A stretch of DNA of 56,795 bases from a candidate division Kazan bacterium. Lineage in GTDB: Bacteria; Patescibacteriota; Kazan-3B-28. Positions 20,947-31,064 of this stretch are shown piece by piece (position 1 is the first letter of the stretch; every line of letters starts with the position of its first letter). Location of the stretch: assembly GCA_003647645.1 (NCBI GenBank), contig QMNG01000004.1, forward strand, positions 1 to 56,795, written 5' to 3'. The translations under genes were made by a program, and so were the position numbers. The notes below the pieces were generated by a model, which saw only the letters and a program-made list of their open reading frames with translations, did not search any database and was not told the DNA's origin.

Positions 20947-21654
20947 TTACTTCTTGTGGCCGACTTCTTTCCTAATGTCATCCAGAGTTTCAGAAGCAGC
21001 TTTTTGTCCCCCCAAACCGAAGGCCAAACCACCGGCCAGAGCAACCATAAAGAAGATGGCAGTGATAAGACGGTCGACAATTGAGGCAGCAATGCCCAGC
21101 TGGTTCAAAGCCACCAAAATGGTGAAGATGTAAATTACCCACTTGGTAGTAGCAGCCAGAAATTGTGCTGCGTGGACTTTGGCGGCTCCAACTGCACCGC
21201 GGACAAGACCTGCAAAGAAGTGCGCTGCTAGCACACCAATAAGCAGGATAGCGATGGCCACGAATACGTTGGGAATATAGACCAAAATCTGGTTAAGGAA
21301 GTCAGTCACTTTAGACAAGCCGAGAACATCTGCAGCGGCCAAGAAGGCGACCAATAATATGGTCCATTTGACCAATGCTCCCACAAACTCTGAAACTTCT
21401 AGCTCAAAACCAGACTTTTCAAACAGGGTTTTGGTGCCCACTCGGTTCAAGGCAGCGTCAACCCGAAGTTGTTTTAAGATTTGAGTTACCAGTCTGTCCA
21501 AACCAACTGCCACAATCCAGCCCACTAAGAGGATGATAACAGCGCCAACTAAGTTTGGCAGAAAGACCAGGAAACGTCCCCAAATATCTTCTAACGGGTT
21601 TAGAACGGCGTTGCCCCATACGGCAAAAAGATTTTCTTGCATCTTGTTCCCCAC
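20947..21654 (-). CDS. TM-helix-repeat membrane protein (CmpX/MscS N-terminal-like)
   Basis: Two FLPNLVGA / YIPNVFVA repeats and LAFGLGG end. Confidence 0.85.
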   Translation of the reverse strand: MGNKMQENLFAVWGNAVLNPLEDIWGRFLVFLPNLVGAVIILLVGWIVAVGLDRLVTQILKQLRVDAALNRVGTKTLFEKSGFELEVSEFVGALVKWTILLVAFLAAADVLGLSKVTDFLNQILVYIPNVFVAIAILLIGVLAAHFFAGLVRGAVGAAKVHAAQFLAATTKWVIYIFTILVALNQLGIAASIVDRLITAIFFMVALAGGLAFGLGGQKAASETLDDIRKEVGHKK

Positions 21655-21784
21655 AAATTATTTTTTATTATGCGCGCATAGATGATTCCATAGTTTCGAC
21701 CCTATAAGTCAATGAACAAAACGTCCCAATGACAAGTATATTATAACCAAAAATTGTTAATTTTGCCACTTGGCAATATTTGTT

Positions 21785-21871
21785 TGGTGGCGCGGGTGGG
21801 ACTCGAACCCACACATCCTCTCGGACACATGGTCCTAAACCATGCGTGTCTACCAATTCCACCACCGCGCC
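21785..21871 (-). tRNA. tRNA-Leu(TAG)
   Basis: GGCGCGG...CATGG-TTTAGGA-CCATG, long variable arm, TTCGAGT, CCGCGCCACCA. Confidence 0.96.
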
Positions 21872-21993
21872 ATAACCAATATGCCTGTCCCGTAAACGGC
21901 ACTACCGTGGTAAGGGAATGTAACCCATTTTACAGCAAGGAACCGTATGATGCCTACCGTTCCACCGTCTCATTATGATTCTCACCGTCTGTT

Positions 21994-22674
21994 CTAGACT
22001 GTGATTCGGTCTTTTAAATTATTAAACTTGCTATCGCTGATGCCATAAACCTTCTTTATTTCATCAATATCAGAGAAACCACCGTTCTGTAAACGATAAT
22101 CTATAATTCTCTGAGCTGTGATGGGACCAATGCCTGGGAGGCTATCAAGCTCTGAATTTGTGGCAGTATTAATGTTTATCAAATCAGTAATTTGGTTATT
22201 ACTGGTGTCTGTAGCGGAGTTGCTGGACGAATAGGATGGAGGGCTAATATAAACTATTTGGTTGTCGCCAATTTTGGGTAAGTAGATTTTGCTGTGATTA
22301 TCTACCAAAGCTGCACGATTAATATTGCGGGCGATTTCATCTATATCGGCTTCCGGACTAAATCCGCCGGCTGCGGCAATAGCATCTTCAATTATGCTTT
22401 CTGCGTCTAGCTCATAAACTCCAGGATGGTTAACTCCACCACTAACATCCACAACTAATTTTAAACTGTGGCCGACAATATTTTCTTGGTCGGTAACAAA
22501 AATATCGTCGTCCTCGGCTAGGGTGCTGACCGGAGGTGTCAGAATAAGATAAATACCAATAGCGGAGATGATCAGCAGAATTCCCAATATCCAGTATTTG
22601 TACTGCTCGAAGAACTCCAGTTTATTTCTTTCTAATTCAGGCTCGGGTGTAAAAGGCGAGAGAAGTGTCTCCAT
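21994..22674 (-). CDS. comEA: Competence protein ComEA (SLBB + HhH)
   Basis: VDVSGGVNHPGVYEL; ININTATNSELDSLPGIGP...IIDYR. Confidence 0.95.
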   Translation of the reverse strand: METLLSPFTPEPELERNKLEFFEQYKYWILGILLIISAIGIYLILTPPVSTLAEDDDIFVTDQENIVGHSLKLVVDVSGGVNHPGVYELDAESIIEDAIAAAGGFSPEADIDEIARNINRAALVDNHSKIYLPKIGDNQIVYISPPSYSSSNSATDTSNNQITDLININTATNSELDSLPGIGPITAQRIIDYRLQNGGFSDIDEIKKVYGISDSKFNNLKDRITV

Positions 22675-23158
22675 ATCGTTTTTGATTTATGATTCTTAAA
22701 TTAGGGTTTCTTGGAGGCTTTGCGCTGCTGCGATATTCAATGACCAATACTCCCTCATCAGCCAGCAAATCTTCCCATCCGGTGATGTCAAGTGCATCGT
22801 CATACCACGGAGCAGCAAAGATGACATCATAAGTAGCCCGATTTGCCAGAACAAAATCCTCCACTCTCATAAGCCTGACAGTTGCCTCCTTTATGTTGAG
22901 CAATTTTAGATTTTGTTTGATTAAATTGTAGTGACTTCTGTCCTTTTCAATAAAGACAGCATGGGCTGCTCCCCGGCTCAACGCTTCGATGCCAACAGCT
23001 CCGCTGCCCGCAAAGAGGTCAAGAAATTTAGTATCAATAACCTTGTTGCCCAAAATATCAAAAACGGCTTTGCGGACCTTGTCTGTGGCCGGACGCAGAG
23101 TTGGTGCACTTTTGAGTATCCTGCTACCAAATTTTCCGCCAGTGATTCTTAGATTCAT
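22637..23158 (-). CDS. rsmD: 16S rRNA m2G966 methyltransferase RsmD
   Basis: LRITGG, LRPATDKVR, LDLFAGSGAVGIEALSRGA, YGDT; the usual DPPY motif reads APWY. Confidence 0.9.
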   Translation of the reverse strand: MNLRITGGKFGSRILKSAPTLRPATDKVRKAVFDILGNKVIDTKFLDLFAGSGAVGIEALSRGAAHAVFIEKDRSHYNLIKQNLKLLNIKEATVRLMRVEDFVLANRATYDVIFAAPWYDDALDITGWEDLLADEGVLVIEYRSSAKPPRNPNLRIINQKRYGDTSLAFYTRA

Positions 23159-23182
23159 CTTTTTGCTTCGTGATTCAGGTTT

Positions 23183-25222
23183 TTATTCTCTGTGCATTAT
23201 GGCATCGTTTATGTTAATTCGACTCGCCAACATAGGCGACTGGGTCAGCTCTGGGTCTTTTTCCAGCATCTCCCTGGCTGCGTTTCGAGCGATCTTGATA
23301 GCCTCTGTGTTTGTCCAGTCAGCTAGTTTATATTTTATAAATCCGGCTTGGAGCTGGCCGAATAGGGCCCCGGGGCCCCGTGTTTTCAGGTCCAGTTCGG
23401 CCAACTTGAAGCCATCGTCTAGTTTGGCGAATTCTTCCAGCCGTCTAATTATCAACTCATCATCCAGGCTGGGAATAACGTAACAATATGATTGTAAATC
23501 ACTTCTGCCAACCCGCCCCCGGAGCTGGTGCATTTGCGCAAGCCCAAAGCGTTCGGCGCTTTCTATAGATATAACGGTGGCATTGGGAATATCAATGCCG
23601 ACTTCAATTACGGTGGTTGATACCAAAACCTTGATCTTACCGCTTTCAAAGTCCTTCATAATTTTTTGTTTGATTACGGCATCGAGTCCGCCGTGGAGCA
23701 GACCAACTTTAACATTGGGAAATTCATTTTTAATATGTTCAAATTCTTGTTCAACCGATTTAGCTGAGATGGTTTTACTCTCCTTGATTAAAGGGGCAAC
23801 AATAAATGCTTGGTGATTCTTTTTGACCTCTTCCAATATTTTTTGGTAGGCAACCTTTCTTGTTTTCTCGGTCAGAACTTGTGTGATAATCCTTGGCCGT
23901 TGACTGGGTTTGCTAGCAATTATCGATATATCCAAATCCCCAAAAATGCCCAGAGCTAGAGAACGGGGGATGGGGGTTGCTGTCAGAGAAATAAAGTGCG
24001 GCAAAAACTCTTGGTCGGATGGATGTTTGTCTGGATGGGTCTTATGTTTCAGGGCCTCACGTTGTTTGACTCCAAAGCGGTGCTGTTCGTCGATAACTAC
24101 AAGGTTTAGGTTTTTGAACTGAACGTTGTTATAAATCAACGCGTGTGTACCGATGACAATATCAGCGTCGCCGGGGCCCTTGTTGAAAGCATTAGTGCGG
24201 AGAGCTACAGTGGTGTTCATTTTGTCAAAGAGTGGTTTAAGTTTGTCAAAATGCTGATTAGCTAATACCTCCGTCGGTGCCATCATCGCGGACTGGAAGC
24301 CGGATTGTTTAGCCGCTATCATTGCAATTGCCACAACAATAGTTTTTCCCGATCCCACATCGCCCTCAAGTAGGCGGCTGGCGGGGGATTTTTGGGAAAT
24401 ATCTTGTAAAATTTCCCAGAGAGCCTGTTTCTGAGAATCAGTCAATTTGAACGGTAGTTGTTCAAGTACTTTTTTCACTAGGCCAACATCTGTCGGAATT
24501 GGGTGGGCGGCCTGCTTTTTGAGGTAATTTTTTATTTGCTGAATTGTCAACTGGGTGGTTAACAGTTCGTCAAAAGCCAAGCGGTCTTTGGCAGTTTGAA
24601 GCGTTTCAAGCGACATAGGAAAATGGATTTCGGTCAGTGCGTTATTCAGAGGCAATAATTTATATTTTTTTACAACCGCCGCTGGCAGAATTTCTGGCCA
24701 TTGGCTTATTGTTTTCACTAAGCCCTTCATAATTCGACGGAACATCTTGGAAGAAATATTTTTGTGCTCGGGATAGACGGGAATAATTCGACCGCTGTGT
24801 AACGGGGTATCGGAGACTGTTTCAAAGTTGGGATTGATCATTTGCAAGCCATTTCGGTTTTTATCAACCTTGCCGGTGAAGAAGTATTCCTTATCCTTTT
24901 TTAATGAAGTTCTAAGATATGGCTGATTGAACCAAATTAATGATATCTGGCCAGAGTCATCGACGGCTCTGGCTTGGGTGAGGTACATTCTCTTGATCGG
25001 TGAACGGAAAGTAGAGATCGCAGCTAATTTAGCCCTGATGGTGAATTTGTCACCGGACGGGACTAGGTCAGCAATGGCAATAATTTGGCTTAAATCCTCC
25101 CAAGCTCTGGGGAAATAGTATATTAGGTCATCTATATTTTTTATATTCAAATCGGCTAAAATCTCAGCTATTTTGGGACCAACATAAGGAATAGATTGAA
25201 GCCCGAGAGTGGTTACTGCCAT
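23183..25222 (-). CDS. recG: ATP-dependent DNA helicase RecG
   Basis: GDVGSGKT, MAPTEVLA, DEQHRFGV, ATPIPR, HQLRGRVGR. Confidence 0.97.
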   Translation of the reverse strand: MAVTTLGLQSIPYVGPKIAEILADLNIKNIDDLIYYFPRAWEDLSQIIAIADLVPSGDKFTIRAKLAAISTFRSPIKRMYLTQARAVDDSGQISLIWFNQPYLRTSLKKDKEYFFTGKVDKNRNGLQMINPNFETVSDTPLHSGRIIPVYPEHKNISSKMFRRIMKGLVKTISQWPEILPAAVVKKYKLLPLNNALTEIHFPMSLETLQTAKDRLAFDELLTTQLTIQQIKNYLKKQAAHPIPTDVGLVKKVLEQLPFKLTDSQKQALWEILQDISQKSPASRLLEGDVGSGKTIVVAIAMIAAKQSGFQSAMMAPTEVLANQHFDKLKPLFDKMNTTVALRTNAFNKGPGDADIVIGTHALIYNNVQFKNLNLVVIDEQHRFGVKQREALKHKTHPDKHPSDQEFLPHFISLTATPIPRSLALGIFGDLDISIIASKPSQRPRIITQVLTEKTRKVAYQKILEEVKKNHQAFIVAPLIKESKTISAKSVEQEFEHIKNEFPNVKVGLLHGGLDAVIKQKIMKDFESGKIKVLVSTTVIEVGIDIPNATVISIESAERFGLAQMHQLRGRVGRSDLQSYCYVIPSLDDELIIRRLEEFAKLDDGFKLAELDLKTRGPGALFGQLQAGFIKYKLADWTNTEAIKIARNAAREMLEKDPELTQSPMLASRININDAIMHRE

Positions 25223-25333
25223 ATTGTTATTCTATCATTTAATACTATAAGAAGACGTTTTTTAGATTCTGCTTTAAAACATCGACTCCAGATGCCAATT
25301 GATGAAAAAGTAGCTCCCAGAGCAGAAAAACTC

Positions 25334-25362
25334 TTGACTCAAAGCAGAAAGTATAGTACAAT
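25334..25362 (+). promoter_or_regulatory. Putative sigma70 promoter
   Basis: TTGACT-17 nt-TACAAT. Confidence 0.65.
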
Positions 25363-25415
25363 GAAAGCGATATAGTATTAAAAATAGGAGGGCAAGGAGG
25401 GGGAGTACATTCACT

Positions 25416-25583
25416 ATGAAAACCCCTAAAAAGATTATAGATTTTACGGGACTGGAGTTTCGTCCCGATCGGCGGCCGGCCGCTAGACTTCGCCGCAGGG
25501 CTCAGGTGTTAAAAGCGAAAAGAGAGACGGGCAATGTGTCTCGTAATGTGAGAACTATTTTAGGGGAAATGTTTGGGCTTTAG
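25416..25583 (+). CDS. Small basic hypothetical protein (55 aa), not in the ORF track
   Basis: MKTPKKIIDFTGLEFRPDRRPAARLRRRAQ...; upstream promoter and AGGAGGGGGAG SD. Confidence 0.5.
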   Translation: MKTPKKIIDFTGLEFRPDRRPAARLRRRAQVLKAKRETGNVSRNVRTILGEMFGL

Positions 25584-25586
25584 GGG

Positions 25587-26771
25587 TTAGCCCAGTTGGA
25601 TAAAGTGACGTTTGCCGACTTGGATAATGGTGCCGGGTTCGTTTTCAACTATCAGATTGGGGTCTGATACGATGTGATGGTTAATTCGAACTCCTCGCTG
25701 TTCAATTAGTCGTCTGGCTTCTGACTTTGAGCTGGCCAGATTGTATTTGGCCATAATATCCACCAGTCGAGTAGCTTTTTTAATTTTTATCTCGGATATA
25801 TCGTCAGGTGTTCTACCCTTTTTAAAAATTCCCACAAAGTTATCTTCTGCTTTTTTAGCTGCCGCTTCCCCATGATAGATTTTGACAATTTCATACGCTA
25901 ATCTCGCCTTGGTATCGCGGGGTTCTTTTTTGGCTGCGACTTTGATGGCTGGCAGGTCGCTGGTCGGTACACTAGTGGCCAGTTCGAAGTAGGTATAGAT
26001 TTGGTCGTCTGGCAGCGACATAATTTTGCCATACTGTTCATCAGGACTCTCTGTGATGCCGATGTAATTACCGAGGCTTTGGCTCATTTTTTGTTTGCCA
26101 TCAAGTCCGATCAACAGAGGCACGCTAATGATTGCCTGTGGCTCTTGGCCAAAATCTTTTTGCAGATCTCGGCCACGCATCTCGTTAAAAGTTTGATCTG
26201 TACCAATAATTGTCACATCACTTTCCAGCATAACGGAGTCATAGCCCTGCAGCACCGGATAGAGTGGTTCGTGTAATCCAATCTCTTTGTGTTTTTTGAT
26301 ACGTTGTTGAAACATATCCCGCTCGATTAATTGGGCGTGAGTAAAATGACTCATTAGCCGAATTATGTCCTCGGCTGACATTTTGTCGTACCATTCGGAG
26401 TTGTAGCGAATTTCAGTCTTTTTCGGATCCAAAATGGTTAAAACCTGCTTAATATAATGCTCTGACATTTCCCTGACATCGTGGGCATCGCGAAGTTGGC
26501 GGACATCGTTTTTGTTCGTGGGATCGCCGAATCTTCCGGTAAAGTCGCCAATTAAAAAGATGACGGTATGTCCCAGATCTTGAAACTCTCGCATTTTGTG
26601 ATAGACCACACTATAGCCCAGATGCAAATCGGGTGTGGTGGGATCAACTCCATGTTTAATCCTAAGAGGTTTGCCGGAGGCCAGCTTAGTGCGCAATTCC
26701 TTTTCGCCGACAATGGAATTTACTCGCCGGCTTAAAAGTTCGTCTATCGTTTTTTTGTCTGGTCTGTCCAT
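25587..26771 (-). CDS. tyrS: Tyrosyl-tRNA synthetase
   Basis: GVDPT..LHLGY, YPVLQGYD, GTDQ, KMSQS, C-terminal S4-like domain. Confidence 0.96.
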   Translation of the reverse strand: MDRPDKKTIDELLSRRVNSIVGEKELRTKLASGKPLRIKHGVDPTTPDLHLGYSVVYHKMREFQDLGHTVIFLIGDFTGRFGDPTNKNDVRQLRDAHDVREMSEHYIKQVLTILDPKKTEIRYNSEWYDKMSAEDIIRLMSHFTHAQLIERDMFQQRIKKHKEIGLHEPLYPVLQGYDSVMLESDVTIIGTDQTFNEMRGRDLQKDFGQEPQAIISVPLLIGLDGKQKMSQSLGNYIGITESPDEQYGKIMSLPDDQIYTYFELATSVPTSDLPAIKVAAKKEPRDTKARLAYEIVKIYHGEAAAKKAEDNFVGIFKKGRTPDDISEIKIKKATRLVDIMAKYNLASSKSEARRLIEQRGVRINHHIVSDPNLIVENEPGTIIQVGKRHFIQLG

Positions 26772-26787
26772 CGAATGTTAAACATTA

Positions 26788-26860
26788 AGTATCTAGTATT
26801 TAGTATACTGTGTGTGGGTTGTCTTATACTAGATACTGTACACCAGATACTATATACTAG
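26788..26860. repeat. Inverted heptamer tandem array (AGTATYT / AGATACT)
   Basis: agtatct-agtattt-agtatac ... tatact-agatact-gtacacc-agatact-atatact. Confidence 0.6.
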
Positions 26861-26865
26861 TTCCT

Positions 26866-29403
26866 ATGTCAGAATTAATGCCCTTTGGGGGGAACAGATA
26901 CAATCGGGTTAGACAGAAGATAAGGAGCAGACGGTTTGTCAGAAAAACCAAGAAGCATTTTTTTGGCCTTTTGGGCAAATTTGGCATATACAACATACCT
27001 CGATTGACACTGTTCATTGCCGTGATGGGGTTGTTTGTAGTGAGTTTTTTCATGGCGGTGTTTTCCATTGGCCTGCCCAACCCGTCTCGTTTAATTGTTT
27101 ATGAAGCAACTGAATCAAGCAAAGTTTTTGACAGAAATGGAGAAATGCTTTATGACATCTTTAATCAAAAGCGTCGCTCCAACATTGAGTTTGAAGATAT
27201 TCCGGAGGTGGTGAAACAAGCCACTATAGCGATTGAAGATAAAAATTTTTATCATCACAGGGGTTTTGATATTACTGGCTTTCTAAGGGGATTGATCTTG
27301 CAACCCTTGAGAGGTCGGGGAGTCCAAGGGGGCAGCACCATTACTCAGCAATTTGTAAAAAACGCTCTACTGGGACCAGAGCGGGTTATTTCTAGAAAAA
27401 TTCGGGAGTTGATTTTAGCTTTTGAATTGGAGCAGATCTATTCCAAGGATAAGATTTTATCTCTGTATTTAAATGAAGTGCCGTACGGCAGCGGTGGATA
27501 TGGCGTGGAAGCAGCTTCGCAAATATATTTTGGTAAGGATGTGACGGATATTACACTACCGGAAGCGGCTGTGTTGGCAGCTCTGCCTCAGGCGCCCAGC
27601 CGGTATTCACCCTATGGTCAGAATCCAGATTTGTTGATGGCCAGAAAAGATTTGGTATTAGAGCAGATGTACAAACAGGGATATATCACTTTCGAAGAGA
27701 CCGAAGCAGCAAAAGAGGCAGAGATAGAATTTCAGCCACGGAGCGAATCAATTCGGGCGCCTCATTTTGTTATGTATGTTCGGGAGCAATTGGCAGCCAA
27801 ATATGGAGAAAAAATGGTAGAGGAAGGGGGATTGAGAATTATCACCACTTTGGATTGGAATAAGCAAAAGGCCGCCGAAGCTGCTATTGCGTCCAGAGCG
27901 GAATACAATAAAGAGCATTACAATGCCGGTAACGCCGCTTTGGTTTCGATTGATCCTAACACCGGTGAAATTTTGGCAATGGTCGGCAGCAAGGATTATT
28001 TTGATATGGAAGAAGATGGGCAAGTGAATGTGACCATCCGGGAGCGCCAGCCGGGCTCGTCCATAAAGCCAATCGTTTATGCTACGGCTTTCAAAAAAGG
28101 GTACAATCCAGCCACGATGCTGATGGATGTTAAAACCAACTTTGGGCAGGGCTGGACACCGCGCAACTACGACGGCGTTTACCGCGGGCCGATATCAATT
28201 CGTGATGCGCTGCAGGGTTCTATAAACGTGGCGGCGGTGAAGGCATTAGCCTACGCCGGAGTTAAAGAAACCACTAATACTGCCCACGATATGGGCATCA
28301 CTACTCTTAATGATCCGGAGCGATATGGTTTGTCCCTCACTTTGGGCGGCGGCGAAGTAACTTTGTTAGATCTCACTTCTGCTTATGGCGTATTCGCAGC
28401 TGCGGGTATGCGGACGCCAACAGTGGCAGTTTTAAAGGTAGAAGACAAAAACGGCCGGGTGCTGGAAGAGTATGATCCCGTTAGGCCACGCCGGGTTCTG
28501 GATGCACAAATAGCTTATTTGATAAATGATATTTTAAGCGATAATGAGGCCCGTTCTAAGTTTTTTGCCGGTGGCAGTTTAACTTTGCCAGATAGAATTG
28601 TGGCTGCCAAAACTGGTACGACTAATGAATATCGCGACGGCTGGACAGTTGGCTACACTCCGGATTTGGTGACAGGCGTGTGGGTAGGCAACAACGATAA
28701 TGAATCAATGAAAAACGGTGCCGGCCTGAACGTGGCAGCCCCAATTTGGAAGGCATATATGCGTTCAGCTTTAGCGGGCACTTCCAATAAAGCATTCACC
28801 CGTCCTCCGGGTATTCGGGAAATAGAAGTTGATGCGGTATCCGGTAAACTGCCAACCGATGCTTCGCCCAGCACTAAGACAGAAATATTCACGAGTTTTG
28901 CTGTGCCGACTGAATACGATGATGTTCATACTAAAGTTCGGGTGGTGATATCAGCTCCGGACAAATTGGCTCCGGAAGATTTTCCCATCGATTTGACAGA
29001 GGAGCGAATCTTCTCGGAATTTCATTCTGAACGGCCCAATAATGCCAACTGGGAAAATCCAGTCATCGCCTGGGCCAAAGAGAATGGCTACAATAACATT
29101 CCAACAGAATATTACAATGGTAGCCCCGACGATATTGATAGAATCATCATTATGCATATGCCCGGGCAAAGTTCTTTTCCCATCACTCTGATTGCCCACC
29201 TCTCAAGTGAAGGGCTGGAAAAGACATTTGAAAAAGTTGAATTTTATCTTGATGATGTTATGGTTGGTTCACTGGATAGCGGCGGTCCGCAGTTTGTCCT
29301 TGATGTTAATGAGGGCGAGGCGGGTGAGCATACTGCTTATGCCAAATTAGTCACTGATGAGGGTACTTTCAATAGTATGACAGTTCAATTTACAATTGAT
29401 TAG
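26866..29403 (+). CDS. Class A penicillin-binding protein (PBP1A family)
   Basis: EDKNFY, GGSTITQQ, RKIRE, SSIK, SIN, KTG motifs. Confidence 0.96.
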   Translation: MSELMPFGGNRYNRVRQKIRSRRFVRKTKKHFFGLLGKFGIYNIPRLTLFIAVMGLFVVSFFMAVFSIGLPNPSRLIVYEATESSKVFDRNGEMLYDIFNQKRRSNIEFEDIPEVVKQATIAIEDKNFYHHRGFDITGFLRGLILQPLRGRGVQGGSTITQQFVKNALLGPERVISRKIRELILAFELEQIYSKDKILSLYLNEVPYGSGGYGVEAASQIYFGKDVTDITLPEAAVLAALPQAPSRYSPYGQNPDLLMARKDLVLEQMYKQGYITFEETEAAKEAEIEFQPRSESIRAPHFVMYVREQLAAKYGEKMVEEGGLRIITTLDWNKQKAAEAAIASRAEYNKEHYNAGNAALVSIDPNTGEILAMVGSKDYFDMEEDGQVNVTIRERQPGSSIKPIVYATAFKKGYNPATMLMDVKTNFGQGWTPRNYDGVYRGPISIRDALQGSINVAAVKALAYAGVKETTNTAHDMGITTLNDPERYGLSLTLGGGEVTLLDLTSAYGVFAAAGMRTPTVAVLKVEDKNGRVLEEYDPVRPRRVLDAQIAYLINDILSDNEARSKFFAGGSLTLPDRIVAAKTGTTNEYRDGWTVGYTPDLVTGVWVGNNDNESMKNGAGLNVAAPIWKAYMRSALAGTSNKAFTRPPGIREIEVDAVSGKLPTDASPSTKTEIFTSFAVPTEYDDVHTKVRVVISAPDKLAPEDFPIDLTEERIFSEFHSERPNNANWENPVIAWAKENGYNNIPTEYYNGSPDDIDRIIIMHMPGQSSFPITLIAHLSSEGLEKTFEKVEFYLDDVMVGSLDSGGPQFVLDVNEGEAGEHTAYAKLVTDEGTFNSMTVQFTID

Positions 29404-29462
29404 TGTGGAAAGTAAAAGAAGAATCACGAATCATGAATCAGGGAAAAGACAAAAATATATTT

Positions 29463-29545
29463 CCTGAGCGTAGTCGCCTCCGGTCCAGAGGGCCTCTGGC
29501 TCAGAAGGAAGGACTACCCTAATGTAACTCTTCGATTTCACTCAG
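29463..29545. repeat. REP-like inverted pair (CCTGAGCGTAGTCG..AAGG / CTTCGA..CTCAG) with nested 32-bp hairpin
   Basis: Matches the reverse complement of CCTTCGACTATGCTCAGG at 40423; interrupted at 29477-29508. Confidence 0.7.
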
Positions 29546-29600
29546 AGAATAAAACTATAAAAAACCATAATTCATTACTCTTAATTCGTAATTCAAACAC

Positions 29601-30884
29601 ATGCAAGTAGAAAAAATATCCACTAAAAATAATTCTGTCAGTTTAAAAATCTCACTCAACAAAAAGGAATGGGACAAAACTTTAGATAGGGCAGCCGCGG
29701 ATGTTGCCGCGGTTGAAAAGATTCCGGGGTTCCGCCCAGGCAAGGCTCCGCGCAAGGTAGTTATAAATAAAGTTGGCGAAGCTAGAGTTCTGTCAACAGC
29801 TATCGAGCAGGCAGTCCAGGAGTTCTATCCGGTGGCAGTTAAACAAGAAGGACTACGGCCGGTGGCACTGCCCAAAATATCTATCGATAGAGCCACCCCC
29901 GAAAACGAGCTGGTTTTTACAGCGGATGTAACAGTTTTGCCCAAGGTAACTTTGGGTGATTACAAGAAGATCAAAATAAAGAAGGTTGTTGAACCAGTCA
30001 CTGAGAGCCAAGTAGAAGATGTACTAAAAAATATCCAAAAGCGCCAGGCTGAATTTGTGGAAGTCGAACGACCGGCCAAGATGGGCGACTGGGTAGAGGT
30101 AGATTTTGTCGGCTACATCGACAATAAGCCGTTTGAGGGAGGCCAAAGCAAAAATCATCCAATGATATTGGGTGACAAATTGTTTATTCCCGGTTTTGAA
30201 GAGGGAATTGTAGGCATGAGAGCAAAGGATAGAAAGACCATAGAAGTTGAATTTCCCAAAGATTATGGCAAGACCGAATTGGCTGGCAAGAAAGCTAAGT
30301 TTGATATTACCCTTCACAAAGTAAAATCTGTAAACTATCCGGAGATTAATGATAAATTTGTGCAAAAGGTCAGTAAATTTAAGACCTTGGACGAATTCAA
30401 GGCGGATATAAAAAAGTTTTTGGAAGAAGAGGCCGAGAAAAGAGCTGAAACCAAATCCCGTGAAGATGCAATTATGGAGTTGGCTAAATTAGTGAAAGTG
30501 GATTTGCCAGATGAAATGGTCGATTCAGAGTTAGAAGCCATGCTCAAGGACCTGCGTATGCGGGTTGCCCAGCAGAAAATGGAGTTTGCAGATTATTTAA
30601 AGAAGGCTGGTGTTAATGAAGAGGGCCTAAAAAGCCAGTGGCGGGATCAAGCCAAGCAAAGAGTTTTAGCCGGCTTGGCTCTGGATGAACTGCGCAAAGC
30701 TGAACAGATAGAGGTTTCCGACAAAGAAATTGAGGAAGAAATTAAAAAGCTGGAAGCGATGTATCCGCAGGATATAGAAAAAATTAGAGAAGAGTACAAA
30801 AAGCCAATCGCCAGAGACAGGTTAAAAAATATGTTGGCAAGCCGCAAAGCGGTGGATAGACTGGCGGAGTTGGCTACTCCGTAG
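29601..30884 (+). CDS. tig: Trigger factor
   Basis: IPGFRPGKAP signature, FKBP domain FIPGFEEG. Confidence 0.97.
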   Translation: MQVEKISTKNNSVSLKISLNKKEWDKTLDRAAADVAAVEKIPGFRPGKAPRKVVINKVGEARVLSTAIEQAVQEFYPVAVKQEGLRPVALPKISIDRATPENELVFTADVTVLPKVTLGDYKKIKIKKVVEPVTESQVEDVLKNIQKRQAEFVEVERPAKMGDWVEVDFVGYIDNKPFEGGQSKNHPMILGDKLFIPGFEEGIVGMRAKDRKTIEVEFPKDYGKTELAGKKAKFDITLHKVKSVNYPEINDKFVQKVSKFKTLDEFKADIKKFLEEEAEKRAETKSREDAIMELAKLVKVDLPDEMVDSELEAMLKDLRMRVAQQKMEFADYLKKAGVNEEGLKSQWRDQAKQRVLAGLALDELRKAEQIEVSDKEIEEEIKKLEAMYPQDIEKIREEYKKPIARDRLKNMLASRKAVDRLAELATP

Positions 30885-30915
30885 CCCATCCTGCCGAACA
30901 TAAGTAATAGGTACC

Positions 30916-30941
30916 AAAAAACTCACGGCCGTGAGTTTTTT
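30916..30941. terminator. Palindromic terminator
   Basis: AAAAAACTCACGGCCGTGAGTTTTTT. Confidence 0.7.
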
Positions 30942-31064
30942 GATAATGGTAGTGTATACTGTTGCAGGGGAAGTTTTTTGCCTAGTTTCAAATCTGCGAT
31001 AAAATGGTAAACTTATTTGGTGTCGGTGTTCGGCGTTATATTTTTATTTTTTTAATGGTGGATT

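Noticed and set aside
21940-21962. Group II intron domain V-like hairpin
   Set aside because: Too short, lacks the catalytic triad/bulge geometry, and no other intron domains or RT are present.
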